25,450 bases of DNA, from NCBI GenBank assembly GCA_049424145.1, contig JBMSSC010000027.1, positions 1-25,450 of the forward strand. Reading direction: 5' to 3'. How positions within the stretch are numbered: position 1 is the stretch's first letter; each line of letters begins with the position of its first letter. Both the position numbers and the translations under genes were made by a program. Below are positions 8,720-18,006 of the stretch, one piece after another. This stretch comes from Bdellovibrionia bacterium. Its GTDB lineage: Bacteria; Bdellovibrionota; UBA1018. The notes below the pieces were generated by a model. That model was not told the origin of the DNA, did not search any database, and saw only the letters and a list, made by a program, of their open reading frames with translations.

Positions 8720-10300
8720 TTAATTGACCCATGAAACATCTTCTATGGCGATCAAAGCATAGGCGTATTTTTTTAGATAATTGTAGGATACGTAAAAGTA
8801 GCCGCTTTCTCCCAATGCCGTGCCCCAGGAGTTTTTAATGATAAAATACCCACCGTTTCCATTGACCACACGACTGGGTAAAACTCTTTGAAGATCAGCC
8901 TGAGAAACATACCCCACCATCAGCATCGAATGCCCCCCCACCGTTCGATCCTGAGCTGTGGGCTCATTCACATACCCGTGGTACGCCGAAGTAAAGGATG
9001 AAGTCAGTGTCGCCTCCACAATGACGGGTATGCCTTGCTGAAGTAGGCTCATAGCTTGATTCAATGATTCGTCTTTTTTTGAAAGAGAGAGAAAGGATCG
9101 TCCAGAAACGAGCTTGACCCCTTTTGAGTTCGATTGGAGCTGGTTTAAGTATCCACACTGAATGGGACGATTCTCATCATGAGTGCAGTAGAGCTTACCT
9201 TGACCTGCGCTATTGGAGCAAAAGCCTTGGTATTTTGCACTGCAAGAACCCGAAAAATCCCTGGCAGATCTGCGTGATGGAGAGAAGTTATAATCCCACT
9301 GTGACTCAAAGACGACCTTGGGCGCATCGGAAGGCTTTAAGCGCTCAAGAAAGATACTGCCCGCAAAATTATCCAACCGAGATCCAAGGGGATCCCAAAA
9401 TCCTTTACCCCTAAAATAGAGTTCTTGCTCTGAAAGATTCACATCTGCATTAAATTTCATTTGAACGAGCTGTTCCAAAGCCGATGTCATTGAAAAAGCG
9501 GTACAACTTCCCCGAATTCCTTGAAACTTCACACAGCTGGAGAACGGCTTTGCAGGCCAATTGAAATTAGAGAGCAAACCATCGGAGTAAATTTGAGCAG
9601 GTAGCCTGAGAGTCCCATCTAAAGAGCCCTCGTCAGAACCGACTCCATGCCCTTGCTCATCCTTTGGGCAGTATACAGTCGGCAATAAAAAAGAAGACGA
9701 GGGAGTTCCGGAGGTAGCCTGAAGCAGAGCCTGAGTTGCGGCTGAGTAACGGGGTCGAATCAATGCACGGGAAACCAAACCGCTTTCATCGACTGTTTTT
9801 TGAGACTTCTCCTGCTCAATCGTATAGGCGAGACTTAAAATTTTATAGGATTGATCGGCAACAGGAAACTTTTGAACCTCTCCTTGGGCATCTAAGGCTT
9901 CAATGACTTCCCGGGGCTCGTTATCAGGATCCGCAATAGGAGCAGCCTCAGGATGTTCTGCGAGATAATCGTGAAGTACGATGACCCCTTTTCCTAAAGC
10001 CGCTCCAGCGACCCACAGCGAGGGATCAATGGATGAAGAGCCAAAGGATGATCCACTAGCTGATCCCTCACTCCCAGAAGCTCCCGAGAATTCCCCTTCT
10101 TCTTGGTAAGGGGCCAGCCGCCCTGAATCTAAATAGCCTTTAAATTGTGCATAGGAGATGATCTCAGCTCCAGGTAGCATCACGCTGCTATAGCCAGGAA
10201 ACTCATCTGATTTTTTTCGTCCACAGGCAAGCATCAACAGAGACGGCAGAAGCAAAGACAGAATCAGCCTGCAAGTAAAGAATGATTTTTTTACTCCCAT
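8720..10300 (-). CDS. Papain-family (C1) cysteine peptidase, lipoprotein
   Basis: Lipobox LMLAC. Catalytic motifs QGIRGSCTAFS (Gln/Cys), LSEQEL, GGHSMLMVGY (His), IKNSWG (Asn), GESGYFYVSY. Confidence 0.9.
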   Translation of the reverse strand: MGVKKSFFTCRLILSLLLPSLLMLACGRKKSDEFPGYSSVMLPGAEIISYAQFKGYLDSGRLAPYQEEGEFSGASGSEGSASGSSFGSSSIDPSLWVAGAALGKGVIVLHDYLAEHPEAAPIADPDNEPREVIEALDAQGEVQKFPVADQSYKILSLAYTIEQEKSQKTVDESGLVSRALIRPRYSAATQALLQATSGTPSSSFLLPTVYCPKDEQGHGVGSDEGSLDGTLRLPAQIYSDGLLSNFNWPAKPFSSCVKFQGIRGSCTAFSMTSALEQLVQMKFNADVNLSEQELYFRGKGFWDPLGSRLDNFAGSIFLERLKPSDAPKVVFESQWDYNFSPSRRSARDFSGSCSAKYQGFCSNSAGQGKLYCTHDENRPIQCGYLNQLQSNSKGVKLVSGRSFLSLSKKDESLNQAMSLLQQGIPVIVEATLTSSFTSAYHGYVNEPTAQDRTVGGHSMLMVGYVSQADLQRVLPSRVVNGNGGYFIIKNSWGTALGESGYFYVSYNYLKKYAYALIAIEDVSWVN

Positions 10301-10330
10301 ACTTTAATAAATATTATATAATTTAAAGAT

Positions 10331-10783
10331 ATGAGGTCAAATAAAAGAAAAAAAATACTCATTAACCCCAAGTTTCAATCGACTTTTACAGGGTTCATAC
10401 TCACCTTGGCGCTGATCAACGTGATCGTCTTTTTTTTGAACAACTGGGTTTTCTTTAAACGCTTACGCCACATGGGCGAGCGTTTTGGAATCCCGCCTCA
10501 GTCGGCATTTTTTTCCCTCCTCAATGATCAGCAATCCCTCATGAACGAAGTATTCTTCTTCACATCCGTCATCAACTTGATCATCATTGGCAGCCTGGGT
10601 CTGATCTTTTCGCATAAGATTTCAGGCCCCATTCATCGGTTGGAAAAGCAGATCCTGGGGCTCAATCCCGAGCACCTCGAACCCCTAAAAACTCGAAGAG
10701 GCGACTACTTTCCGGAACTGATCACAGCAGTGAACTCTTTGATTCGTAAACTCAAAAAGAAACACGAAAACGGAGCAGAATAG
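10331..10783 (+). CDS. Small two-TM membrane protein with C-terminal HAMP-like domain
   Basis: 150 aa, two hydrophobic helices, then SHKISGPIHRLE...TRRGDYFPEL...VN. No output domain. Confidence 0.7.
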   Translation: MRSNKRKKILINPKFQSTFTGFILTLALINVIVFFLNNWVFFKRLRHMGERFGIPPQSAFFSLLNDQQSLMNEVFFFTSVINLIIIGSLGLIFSHKISGPIHRLEKQILGLNPEHLEPLKTRRGDYFPELITAVNSLIRKLKKKHENGAE

Positions 10784-10811
10784 CCGAAATTGCCCTCATC
10801 ATCCAATCGTC

Positions 10812-13370
10812 CTAAAGCGAGCCTAAGCTTTTAAAACTCAGAATGGGTCGTGAGTGCTGACGCGACAGCCCAACATGAAGGTAAACACTGAGCTGCCAAT
10901 CGTGATGTCCTTGTGGGTCGGATAAGATCTGCTGAATCACCCACAGATTACCCTGAGGATCTTCTTCAAAACTCACAAGCGACTTCCCGCGAGCCTTTGA
11001 GTCCGTGCAAATCCGCTCATGGTCCTCATAATAGGGTTTCATCATCTGCTCGATATCCGAGGCCAAAGGAGGAGCTAAGGCTGAATCGGGGTCTTGATCC
11101 TGGATCAAAGAAAAACTCTCATTTAAGTTCTCCATCCACTCATCATATCGTCGATAGGCCAAGGCCTTCACTAAGCGAAACACTTCATTTTGAGCGAGAA
11201 TTTGAAACGCTTTCTTATTGCGCGTGATGTCAGCGAGCAGAGAAACCTCAGGCTCTGCATCCGAGGGAGCCCGATCTTGAGGAACGAAATGGGGATTTTT
11301 CAGCTTCTCCCATTCCTCCAGTAAGCTCGAATCAACTTGCTTGAGTAAGGTCCCCAGGTAAAGAGTGATGGCTTGAAGCTCATCGTTCTTGGCAGGCTCA
11401 GGAACAGTCTTCACTAAGGCCTTGTAAACGTCGGACAGGTAGCGAAGTAAAATTCCCTCAATTCGAAACAAATCATACTCCCGAATGTACTCTGAAAACG
11501 AGTTACAGGACTCAACGATCTCACGAGCAATGGACTTCGGATGGATGTTTTCAGTACCCACCCAAGGGTGGGAGGCTGAGAAATCGTTGAAAGTTCCATA
11601 GATAAAATCGCGAAGGGGTTTTGGATGCTCCAGCTTCTCTAGTTCCTCAATTCGTTGCTCAAACTCCATTCCCTCAGCCTTCAGCTCCTCCATTTTTTCA
11701 CTCTTCAATCGATCCAACTGCTTTTTTAAGATCAGCTCTGGGTTTTCTAAGATCGATTCAACCAGAGTTAAGACGTTGAAGGCATAATCCAGACTCTGAG
11801 GGTCGAGGAGTTTAAGCGTATCAATCAGATACAGGGAGAGCGCCTGATTGAGGGAGAAGTCCTCCTGTAAATCGAGATTCAGACGGAGCGGATTGAGCTC
11901 AATGATTTTCCTCTCCACTAAGGATCGAAAGAGCTGAAAGGCTCTTTTGAAGTGCTGTTTTTTAAGAGCGTCTGACTCGTGACTGGATCGAATGAGCTGC
12001 CTGAACGCATGGCATCCGTCTTCTTGGCTTCTTCCTAAAACCAAAAGGAGCATAGCGTGGTTGACTTGAAAGCGGGAAACCAAGGGTTCTGGCTGAGAGC
12101 TGATGAGCTTCTCAAAGGTCTCGCGACTCCAAGGTACGTACCCCTTTTCGGGAGGCTTTCGCTTGACCATTTTTTTTTGCTTCTTCGGATCGCCTGCTGC
12201 CTTTTGTTCAAGCCGTAGATTTTCAATCACATGCTCGGGAGCTTGGGCAACCACATACCCCTGTGTATCAAACCCTCGCCTGCCTGCGCGCCCTGCAATC
12301 TGGTGAAAATCTCGAGCCGTCAGCAGAGTGACTTTTTCTCCATTAAACTTACAGAGTTGGGTGAATAGAACGGTCCGAATGGGAACATTGACGCCTACTC
12401 CGAGGGTATCCGTTCCACAAATGATCTTAAGAAGACCCTTCTGTGCTAGTTTCTCAACCAGGATTCGATACTTTGGCAAAAGGCCGGCATGGTGAAGACC
12501 CACGCCATGTTTCAGAAGCTTTTGAAGCTCCTTGCCATAGGGACTCGTCATCTTCACTCCATAGAGCTGCTGAGCAATGAGTCCCTTTTCTTCTTTCGTA
12601 CAAAAGTTGGTACTAAGAAGGTTTTGCGCCTCTTGGGCTGCTTGCCTTTGGGAAAAACACACCAAATACACCGGACTACGGCCCCCCTCCACCAGCTTAG
12701 GGATCGTCTCATGCAGGGTATTCTCCGAGTACTCAAACTAAAGGGGAACCGGTCGAACTGCCCCTTGAATCAGCGCTGTGGGTCTCCCATTGAGTCGGGT
12801 GAGCTCAGACTCAAAAAACGACGTTTCTCCAAGCGTTGCTGACATCAAAAGAAAACGAGCCTGAGGAAGAGTCAGAAGTGGGATTTGCCAGGCCACCCCT
12901 CGGTCCCGATCCGAATAGTAGTGAAACTCATCGACAATCACGTCCTGCACGTCGAGTTGAGACCCCAATCGTAAGGCTTGCGTGGCGAGAATTTCAGCGG
13001 TGCAGCAAAGGATGGGAGCCTGAGGGTTCACCGATGCATCGCCCGTGATCATGCCCACCTGATCGGGCCCAAAGTCTTGGCAGAGGGCCAAAAACTTCTC
13101 ATTCACTAAGGCCTTAATGGGTCAAGTGTAGACGGAACGCCGTTTTTGAATCAAAGAGTGAAAATGAAGGGCTGAGGCGACCAGTGACTTCCCCGAGCCT
13201 GTTGGGGTGTTTAAGATCACGTTCTTTCCATCGTACAGCTCTAAAATGGCCTCTTCTTGGGCGGGATAGAGCTGCAGGCCCTTGGAATGGACAAAATCCA
13301 AAAAACGATCCAATCCATCCGACGATTCCATTGCAGCTTGGGTAATTTGGGAAGAAAGGGGCCACGTCAT
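10812..13370 (-). pseudogene. Ski2-like DEAD/DEAH-box helicase (DUF3516 type), single frame interrupted by two in-frame stops
   Basis: ORFs 13122-13370, 12738-13106 and 10812-12692 are all in one frame (852 codons in total). Motifs in order: [18 protein letters not shown] (TGA 13122-13124), TGD, DEFHYY, MSAT, RPVPL*FEY (TAG 12738-12740), [39 protein letters not shown]. The family call is firm; pseudogene versus error versus readthrough is unresolved. Confidence 0.8.
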
Positions 13371-13384
13371 CTTCCTTCAGTACC

Positions 13385-13475
13385 GTGCCTTCCTTCGGTC
13401 TGCAAGAGCACTCTGAAGCTCTCAACCCTCTAAGCCCCCATGAGCCTCTGGGGCTTTGGGTTTCCCAGAAGGCAC
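13385..13475. promoter_or_regulatory. Candidate multi-stem structured element between the helicase and FecR genes
   Basis: 8-bp closing pair 13385-13392/13468-13475 encloses three hairpins: 13405-13422, 13432-13456 and 13457-13467. Confidence 0.35.
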
Positions 13476-13512
13476 TAGGCTTTCGATTCTTTTTTTGAGA
13501 AACTCTTGCCTC

Positions 13513-14646
13513 ATGAAAACTCAATTGCATCTATTGGTCCTGCTCCTTGCAAACTGTGGCTGGCTTTCATGGAACGCAACGCCGTCCTACGCCCGCGCCA
13601 TGAGTCCATATCGACTGGATGAGCTTCAGGGATGCTCCGAAGTTTTGGCCCAAAAAATCAGTGCGGATCGTTTGGAGAAAACCTCCCGCTCGCTTCGACC
13701 GGGAGAAGGGATTCAACTGGGAGAAACCCTAGTGACCGCTGAGGGGTGCACGGCCCGGGTTCTCTACCCGGATGAGTCCAAAGTGGAGATCTCGGCTCAA
13801 TCGGAGTTTCAAATCGAAGAGGAGGTGGAGGGAACCCAATGGAACCGCCTCAAAAAAGGCCGGGTGCGAGGAATCATTCAAAAGATTAGAAAAAAACTAG
13901 CCCAGCCCCGATTCCTGATCCGAACCAAAGCGGCCATTCTCGGAGTTCGAGGAACGGACTTTGTTATGGAATTGAACTCTTCCCAAAGCTCAGCGGAGGT
14001 GCACACGCTCGAGGGCTCAGTCGAGGTGGCCAAAGATGAGTTCGCCTTACTCAAAGGAGAGGTTCTGGAAGTGGCTCAGGGGAAATTCATCCAAGCATCA
14101 CCTCGGGAAATTGGGAAGCCCCAGGATTTTAACCGGGAGGAGTTTTTAAAGACCTACGAGACTCAAATGGGTCGTAGGCCTCCTCCAAAAAATTCGTCTG
14201 AGACCCAGGAGGCATCCCGTGGTGGCGTCCGGTTCGCTTCATTTCGATTGGGGGCTTTTTGGATGACCCCAAAGGGTATGACCCCGTTTCGCACTCTTTA
14301 TGCCGCATGGAGCCCCAGGATCAACATCCCCGGGCTTTCGTTCGTAAGGCTCGGGGCAAACGTAGGATTTCAATTTGCCCCCGAGGGGAACTTTGAGTCC
14401 CGCTATGTATCCAATAACTATCAGGCTGTTCTTGGTGCCGATCTTCTGGGGTTCTTTTTCATCGAAGGCGCAGCTGGGGTTCAGATCTGGCGTGGCGAGT
14501 TTCCAGAGAACCCGGCCCTTTTTACACTGGATACCGGAATCCATCTGGGCAGCTGGATTGAGGAGATCTTCATAGGCTACCAACTCCTCCAAAGTGATCC
14601 TCCACTCCCTCAATTCCATGCGGGGATCGTCATCACTCTGTTTTAA
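13513..14646 (+). CDS. FecR-domain secreted protein with probable C-terminal beta-barrel
   Basis: Likely start ATG 13513 (MKTQLHLLVLLL..., signal peptide); the ORF track starts at 13456. FecR motifs LxTxE...YPDESKVEI, IRTKAAILGVRGTDF, TLEGSVEV. C-terminal amphipathic strands end GIVITLF. Confidence 0.8.
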   Translation: MKTQLHLLVLLLANCGWLSWNATPSYARAMSPYRLDELQGCSEVLAQKISADRLEKTSRSLRPGEGIQLGETLVTAEGCTARVLYPDESKVEISAQSEFQIEEEVEGTQWNRLKKGRVRGIIQKIRKKLAQPRFLIRTKAAILGVRGTDFVMELNSSQSSAEVHTLEGSVEVAKDEFALLKGEVLEVAQGKFIQASPREIGKPQDFNREEFLKTYETQMGRRPPPKNSSETQEASRGGVRFASFRLGAFWMTPKGMTPFRTLYAAWSPRINIPGLSFVRLGANVGFQFAPEGNFESRYVSNNYQAVLGADLLGFFFIEGAAGVQIWRGEFPENPALFTLDTGIHLGSWIEEIFIGYQLLQSDPPLPQFHAGIVITLF

Positions 14647-14657
14647 GGAAGTAGCGC

Positions 14658-15419
14658 TTAGCGCTCAAATAAAAGCTCCGCCCATAAAGCCGAGTGATCG
14701 GACAACTCCACCCAGGGGCGCCCGCGGAAACAGTGGGCTCCCCTGACGCTTAGGCCTCGATAATAGATGCGATCCAATTTTAAGGCTGGATACCAGCTGG
14801 GAAACGTCTTCGCATGCGCTCCATGGATGGTGTGAAAGGCCTCCTTCAATCCTAAGGAGGAATGCAGAACCCTTGAAATCCTCCCTCGCCAGTCATTGAA
14901 ATCCCCTCCAATCACTAAGGGTTCATCTGGGGGAACATGAGACTGAATCCGAGCGCACAATCGCTCCGTCTGCTCCTCACGATCTCCTTCGAGCAGCCCG
15001 AGGTGAATACAAATCACGTGCAGCGGCTTGCTCTTTTTTCCGGGCACTTCAAGTACTCCATGCAACAGGCCTCGCTTCTCAAATGGATTACTTGAAATAT
15101 CGATATTTTCATAAAACGAAAATGGAAACTTGCTTAAGATCGCATTACCATGATGCCCAGAGGAGTAAACGGCGTTCCTCCCATAGGCATAGTGAGGCCA
15201 AAGCTCATGAGCCAAAAACTCAAACTGAGGCTCACTGGGCCAATCTTTGATTTTTTTCTCATGGGAGTCATGCTGACCCAATACTTCTTGTAGAAAAATC
15301 AGATCAGGATGAAGCTCTCTTAAAACTGAACGCATCCGATTTAAAACAAACCTTCGATTTCCTAAACTAAATCCTTTATGAATATTATAGGAAAACGTAA
15401 CTATTTTTTTCTCTCCCAT
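14658..15419 (-). CDS. Endonuclease/exonuclease/phosphatase family protein (YbhP-like)
   Basis: SYNIHKG, DLIFLQEV, QFEFLA, YGRNAVY..GHHGNAILSKF, HLGL, GGDFNDW, LDRIY, LSDH. Confidence 0.92.
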   Translation of the reverse strand: MGEKKIVTFSYNIHKGFSLGNRRFVLNRMRSVLRELHPDLIFLQEVLGQHDSHEKKIKDWPSEPQFEFLAHELWPHYAYGRNAVYSSGHHGNAILSKFPFSFYENIDISSNPFEKRGLLHGVLEVPGKKSKPLHVICIHLGLLEGDREEQTERLCARIQSHVPPDEPLVIGGDFNDWRGRISRVLHSSLGLKEAFHTIHGAHAKTFPSWYPALKLDRIYYRGLSVRGAHCFRGRPWVELSDHSALWAELLFER

Positions 15420-17539
15420 AGCGCAGAAACCACCCGAGACACGCTTAATACCAATAACCCCAGTAAGAACACACTGATTAAACGATTCTCCCGAGTTTTA
15501 AAACCCTGAAACACAAGGCTCTGAAAAAGAAATTCCTCTAAGCGAGCCACCAAAAAGAAAAAAGCAGGCAAGATCAAACCCGTTCCAACGATAAACCAAG
15601 GAAGGGGAAGAGAGTAGATTCCCTGGTATGCAATCTTGGAACAAAGACTGATGCGAGGATCCAGAAGAATAGAAAGCAAAACAGGAAAACTTCGAAGCCC
15701 GAGTCGACTGGGAAGCCACACTGGAGAAATTCGTTGATAATACTGACTCGAAAAAGCAGGAAAAATTCGACAAAAAGTATAGCCGATGGCTGAAGCAACC
15801 CAAAAGGCGCTCACTGAGACTCTGAGCGCTTGCTCGCCTCCCAAGTGAGCTACCGCAATCCATTGCAGCATAAAAAACGGAACTGGAAAAACCCAGACCA
15901 ATGAAAAAGCAGCCGTATAAAAAACAGGCCAAGCACTCGATTGCCAGGAAATTCCTGAGAAGACCGAAGTTAAAAAAGCTGCAAAAAACCAAAGCCCAAG
16001 GAGCGGAAAAATCCATCCCCAGAAACGCCGCGAGACCCTCCTTCGCAGTCTTCTTTTGAAAAAATAAAACCAAGGCACGCTCGGATCAAAAAAAAACTTC
16101 CACGGCACTAAGCTTAAAATTTGAAAAAATACACCCAAGTTTTTGAAGTGATCCTCTCTGAGCAAGGGACGAAACTGAATCGCGCTCTTTGATTCTTCCT
16201 CCAGGAGATTCCAATGAGAGAGAATGAAGTCCCCCACACTCCGAATGTGGGCTCGCTCGCTCTCAGTGACCCCCTGCAAAGTCAACTGAATTTCTGAATC
16301 CACGCGGAGCGCTCGGGTGGCCAAGTTAGCGGACCCTATTCCCAAAAACCAGTCGTCGATCACTATGACTTTGGAATGAACATAAATCGGTTGAAACGAG
16401 GAAGCACTCAGACGAGTTTGATTCGGATCGAGGACTTCAGGTGGGCTCTCAGCTGGAGCGCTCGCCCCAGGCGTGCGAATCACATAGGGAGAACCCACCT
16501 TAAAGCGCACCCCATTTTCGTAAGCGGCCTGCTCCAGCTCTTTTAAAAGTTCCAGCTGATAGGGGACCATTTGTCGGGAAAACGAGTGAACCAACTGAAG
16601 TTCAGCTAAAACCAGATAGACTTCAAAGCGTTTTCCCTTCATCGCTTTCATTTTGCTGATTAAAAGATCATTGAGGATTTTTGACCAGTAGTACTGCCCT
16701 TCAAGAATGATCCGATTTTGAGCGAGAAAAATGAGGTCTCGAAAAAGAAATTCCACTTCTCGGGTGAGTCCTTTTGCACGAGTCGGAACAGGAGCATCCA
16801 TGTCATACAGGGTGCGACTGAGATAGACGCTCAAACCGGGCACCGAGGATCTTAGCCCCTCGTCTGTCGCCGTTGGGGGCTCAGGAAAATCAATGGAGCA
16901 GACCGATCTCCATCTTCGAGCCACATGATTTTGAATCTCCCGACAAATGGGCCCCCTCACCTCCACGGCCAAATCATGGTAGGGCCCATAGGAGCACTGA
17001 CTGAGATCTAAGGAGCGAACCGGGTCCTCTTCAGCATGATCCAAGCGATCTCGCCGCCCGTCACACAGATCAATGCCCCCACAAAATGCTACTTTTCCAT
17101 CCATGATCACAAGCTTCTCATGATGAGAACTGCCGAATGCATGCCGATTATCAAAGACGAAGTGAACTCGGGGATGCACCTCCTCCCACACTCTCCCCTG
17201 CCAGGTTTCACGCTCCAGAATGTAAAAGTAGGCGTGATCCCAGAGCAGAAAATAAATCTTAAGTTCTCTCTTGGTTTCGCAAAGGCGAATCACTTTTCTC
17301 TTGAGCGTCTCAGGGGGATTTTCACGAGCATCGGATTGGGTCAAACAGAGCCTGGAATCAATCTGCCAACCGACGAAGATGGCATACTCTTTCACCTGCT
17401 CCAGACACTCGGAGATCCGACTAAAATAAGGCCCCGACTCCCAGATTTCTTGCCAATAGGTGGCTTTTGATTTTACCCAATAAGCCCGATCAGACAGCGT
17501 GAGGGGCAAATCCTCGCCAAATGGTTTTGAATGAGCCAC
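15401..17539 (-). CDS. Phospholipase D / cardiolipin synthase-like protein with C-terminal membrane (VTT/DedA-like) region
   Basis: Two HKD motifs (HHEKLVIMDG..AFCGGIDL; VHSKVIVIDD..LGIGSANL), YHDL, IFVGWQID. The last ~210 aa are hydrophobic. Confidence 0.88.
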   Translation of the reverse strand: MAHSKPFGEDLPLTLSDRAYWVKSKATYWQEIWESGPYFSRISECLEQVKEYAIFVGWQIDSRLCLTQSDARENPPETLKRKVIRLCETKRELKIYFLLWDHAYFYILERETWQGRVWEEVHPRVHFVFDNRHAFGSSHHEKLVIMDGKVAFCGGIDLCDGRRDRLDHAEEDPVRSLDLSQCSYGPYHDLAVEVRGPICREIQNHVARRWRSVCSIDFPEPPTATDEGLRSSVPGLSVYLSRTLYDMDAPVPTRAKGLTREVEFLFRDLIFLAQNRIILEGQYYWSKILNDLLISKMKAMKGKRFEVYLVLAELQLVHSFSRQMVPYQLELLKELEQAAYENGVRFKVGSPYVIRTPGASAPAESPPEVLDPNQTRLSASSFQPIYVHSKVIVIDDWFLGIGSANLATRALRVDSEIQLTLQGVTESERAHIRSVGDFILSHWNLLEEESKSAIQFRPLLREDHFKNLGVFFQILSLVPWKFFFDPSVPWFYFFKRRLRRRVSRRFWGWIFPLLGLWFFAAFLTSVFSGISWQSSAWPVFYTAAFSLVWVFPVPFFMLQWIAVAHLGGEQALRVSVSAFWVASAIGYTFCRIFPAFSSQYYQRISPVWLPSRLGLRSFPVLLSILLDPRISLCSKIAYQGIYSLPLPWFIVGTGLILPAFFFLVARLEEFLFQSLVFQGFKTRENRLISVFLLGLLVLSVSRVVSALWERKK

Positions 17540-17543
17540 ATGC

Positions 17544-17909
17544 CTAGGCGGCTCCTTTTTTCTTGAAAACCTGATCGATCAGCCCAACGAGAGATTCGAT
17601 CGTGTATGGCTTTCGAAGAAAACGAACACCCGGCATCTGAGCGACTCTTTGGGACAGCTCATGGGCCGCCGAAAGCACGATGATCTCAGGCACCTGTCCA
17701 AATTCCTTTTGAATGCTTTGAAGCACCTCTTCGCCACGAACCGTTTTCAGAGTCAGGTCCAAAAGAATCAACTCAGGCCATTGCCTTTTGAGTTCTGGAA
17801 TCACCTGTTCAGCCTGATCCAACAAGACATGATCGTAATGAAACGCATCTAAAACCATTCCTAGAGTTTCTAGAATCGCCGCATCATCTTCGACCACCAA
17901 AATACTCAC
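17544..17909 (-). CDS. Single-domain response regulator (receiver only)
   Basis: ILVVEDD, LILLD (phospho-acceptor Asp), IIVLSA, FLRKPY. GTG start with AAGGGG RBS. Confidence 0.92.
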   Translation of the reverse strand: MSILVVEDDAAILETLGMVLDAFHYDHVLLDQAEQVIPELKRQWPELILLDLTLKTVRGEEVLQSIQKEFGQVPEIIVLSAAHELSQRVAQMPGVRFLRKPYTIESLVGLIDQVFKKKGAA

Positions 17910-18006
17910 ACCTAGCCCCTTTCAACCCATCTCACGCAAGATTGGTCAACTCAGACTCCCCTCCACGGATTCTAAGACCCTGCAGGTTTAGAGCCAAAGG
18001 CCTCAT

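Noticed and set aside
13385..13475. tRNA or suppressor tRNA (cloverleaf-like shape, TTCAGA loop, TCA within the P3 loop)
   Set aside because: Arm geometry is wrong: 3-nt D-equivalent loop, 11-nt anticodon-equivalent loop, 12-nt spacer between the last arm and the closing stem, and no CCA. Kept only as a possible leader structure.
15498..16073. 191-aa alternative-frame ORF inside the PLD gene, suggesting a frameshifted C-terminus
   Set aside because: The main frame gives coherent TM helices and abuts the next gene. The alternative frame has no recognisable motif.
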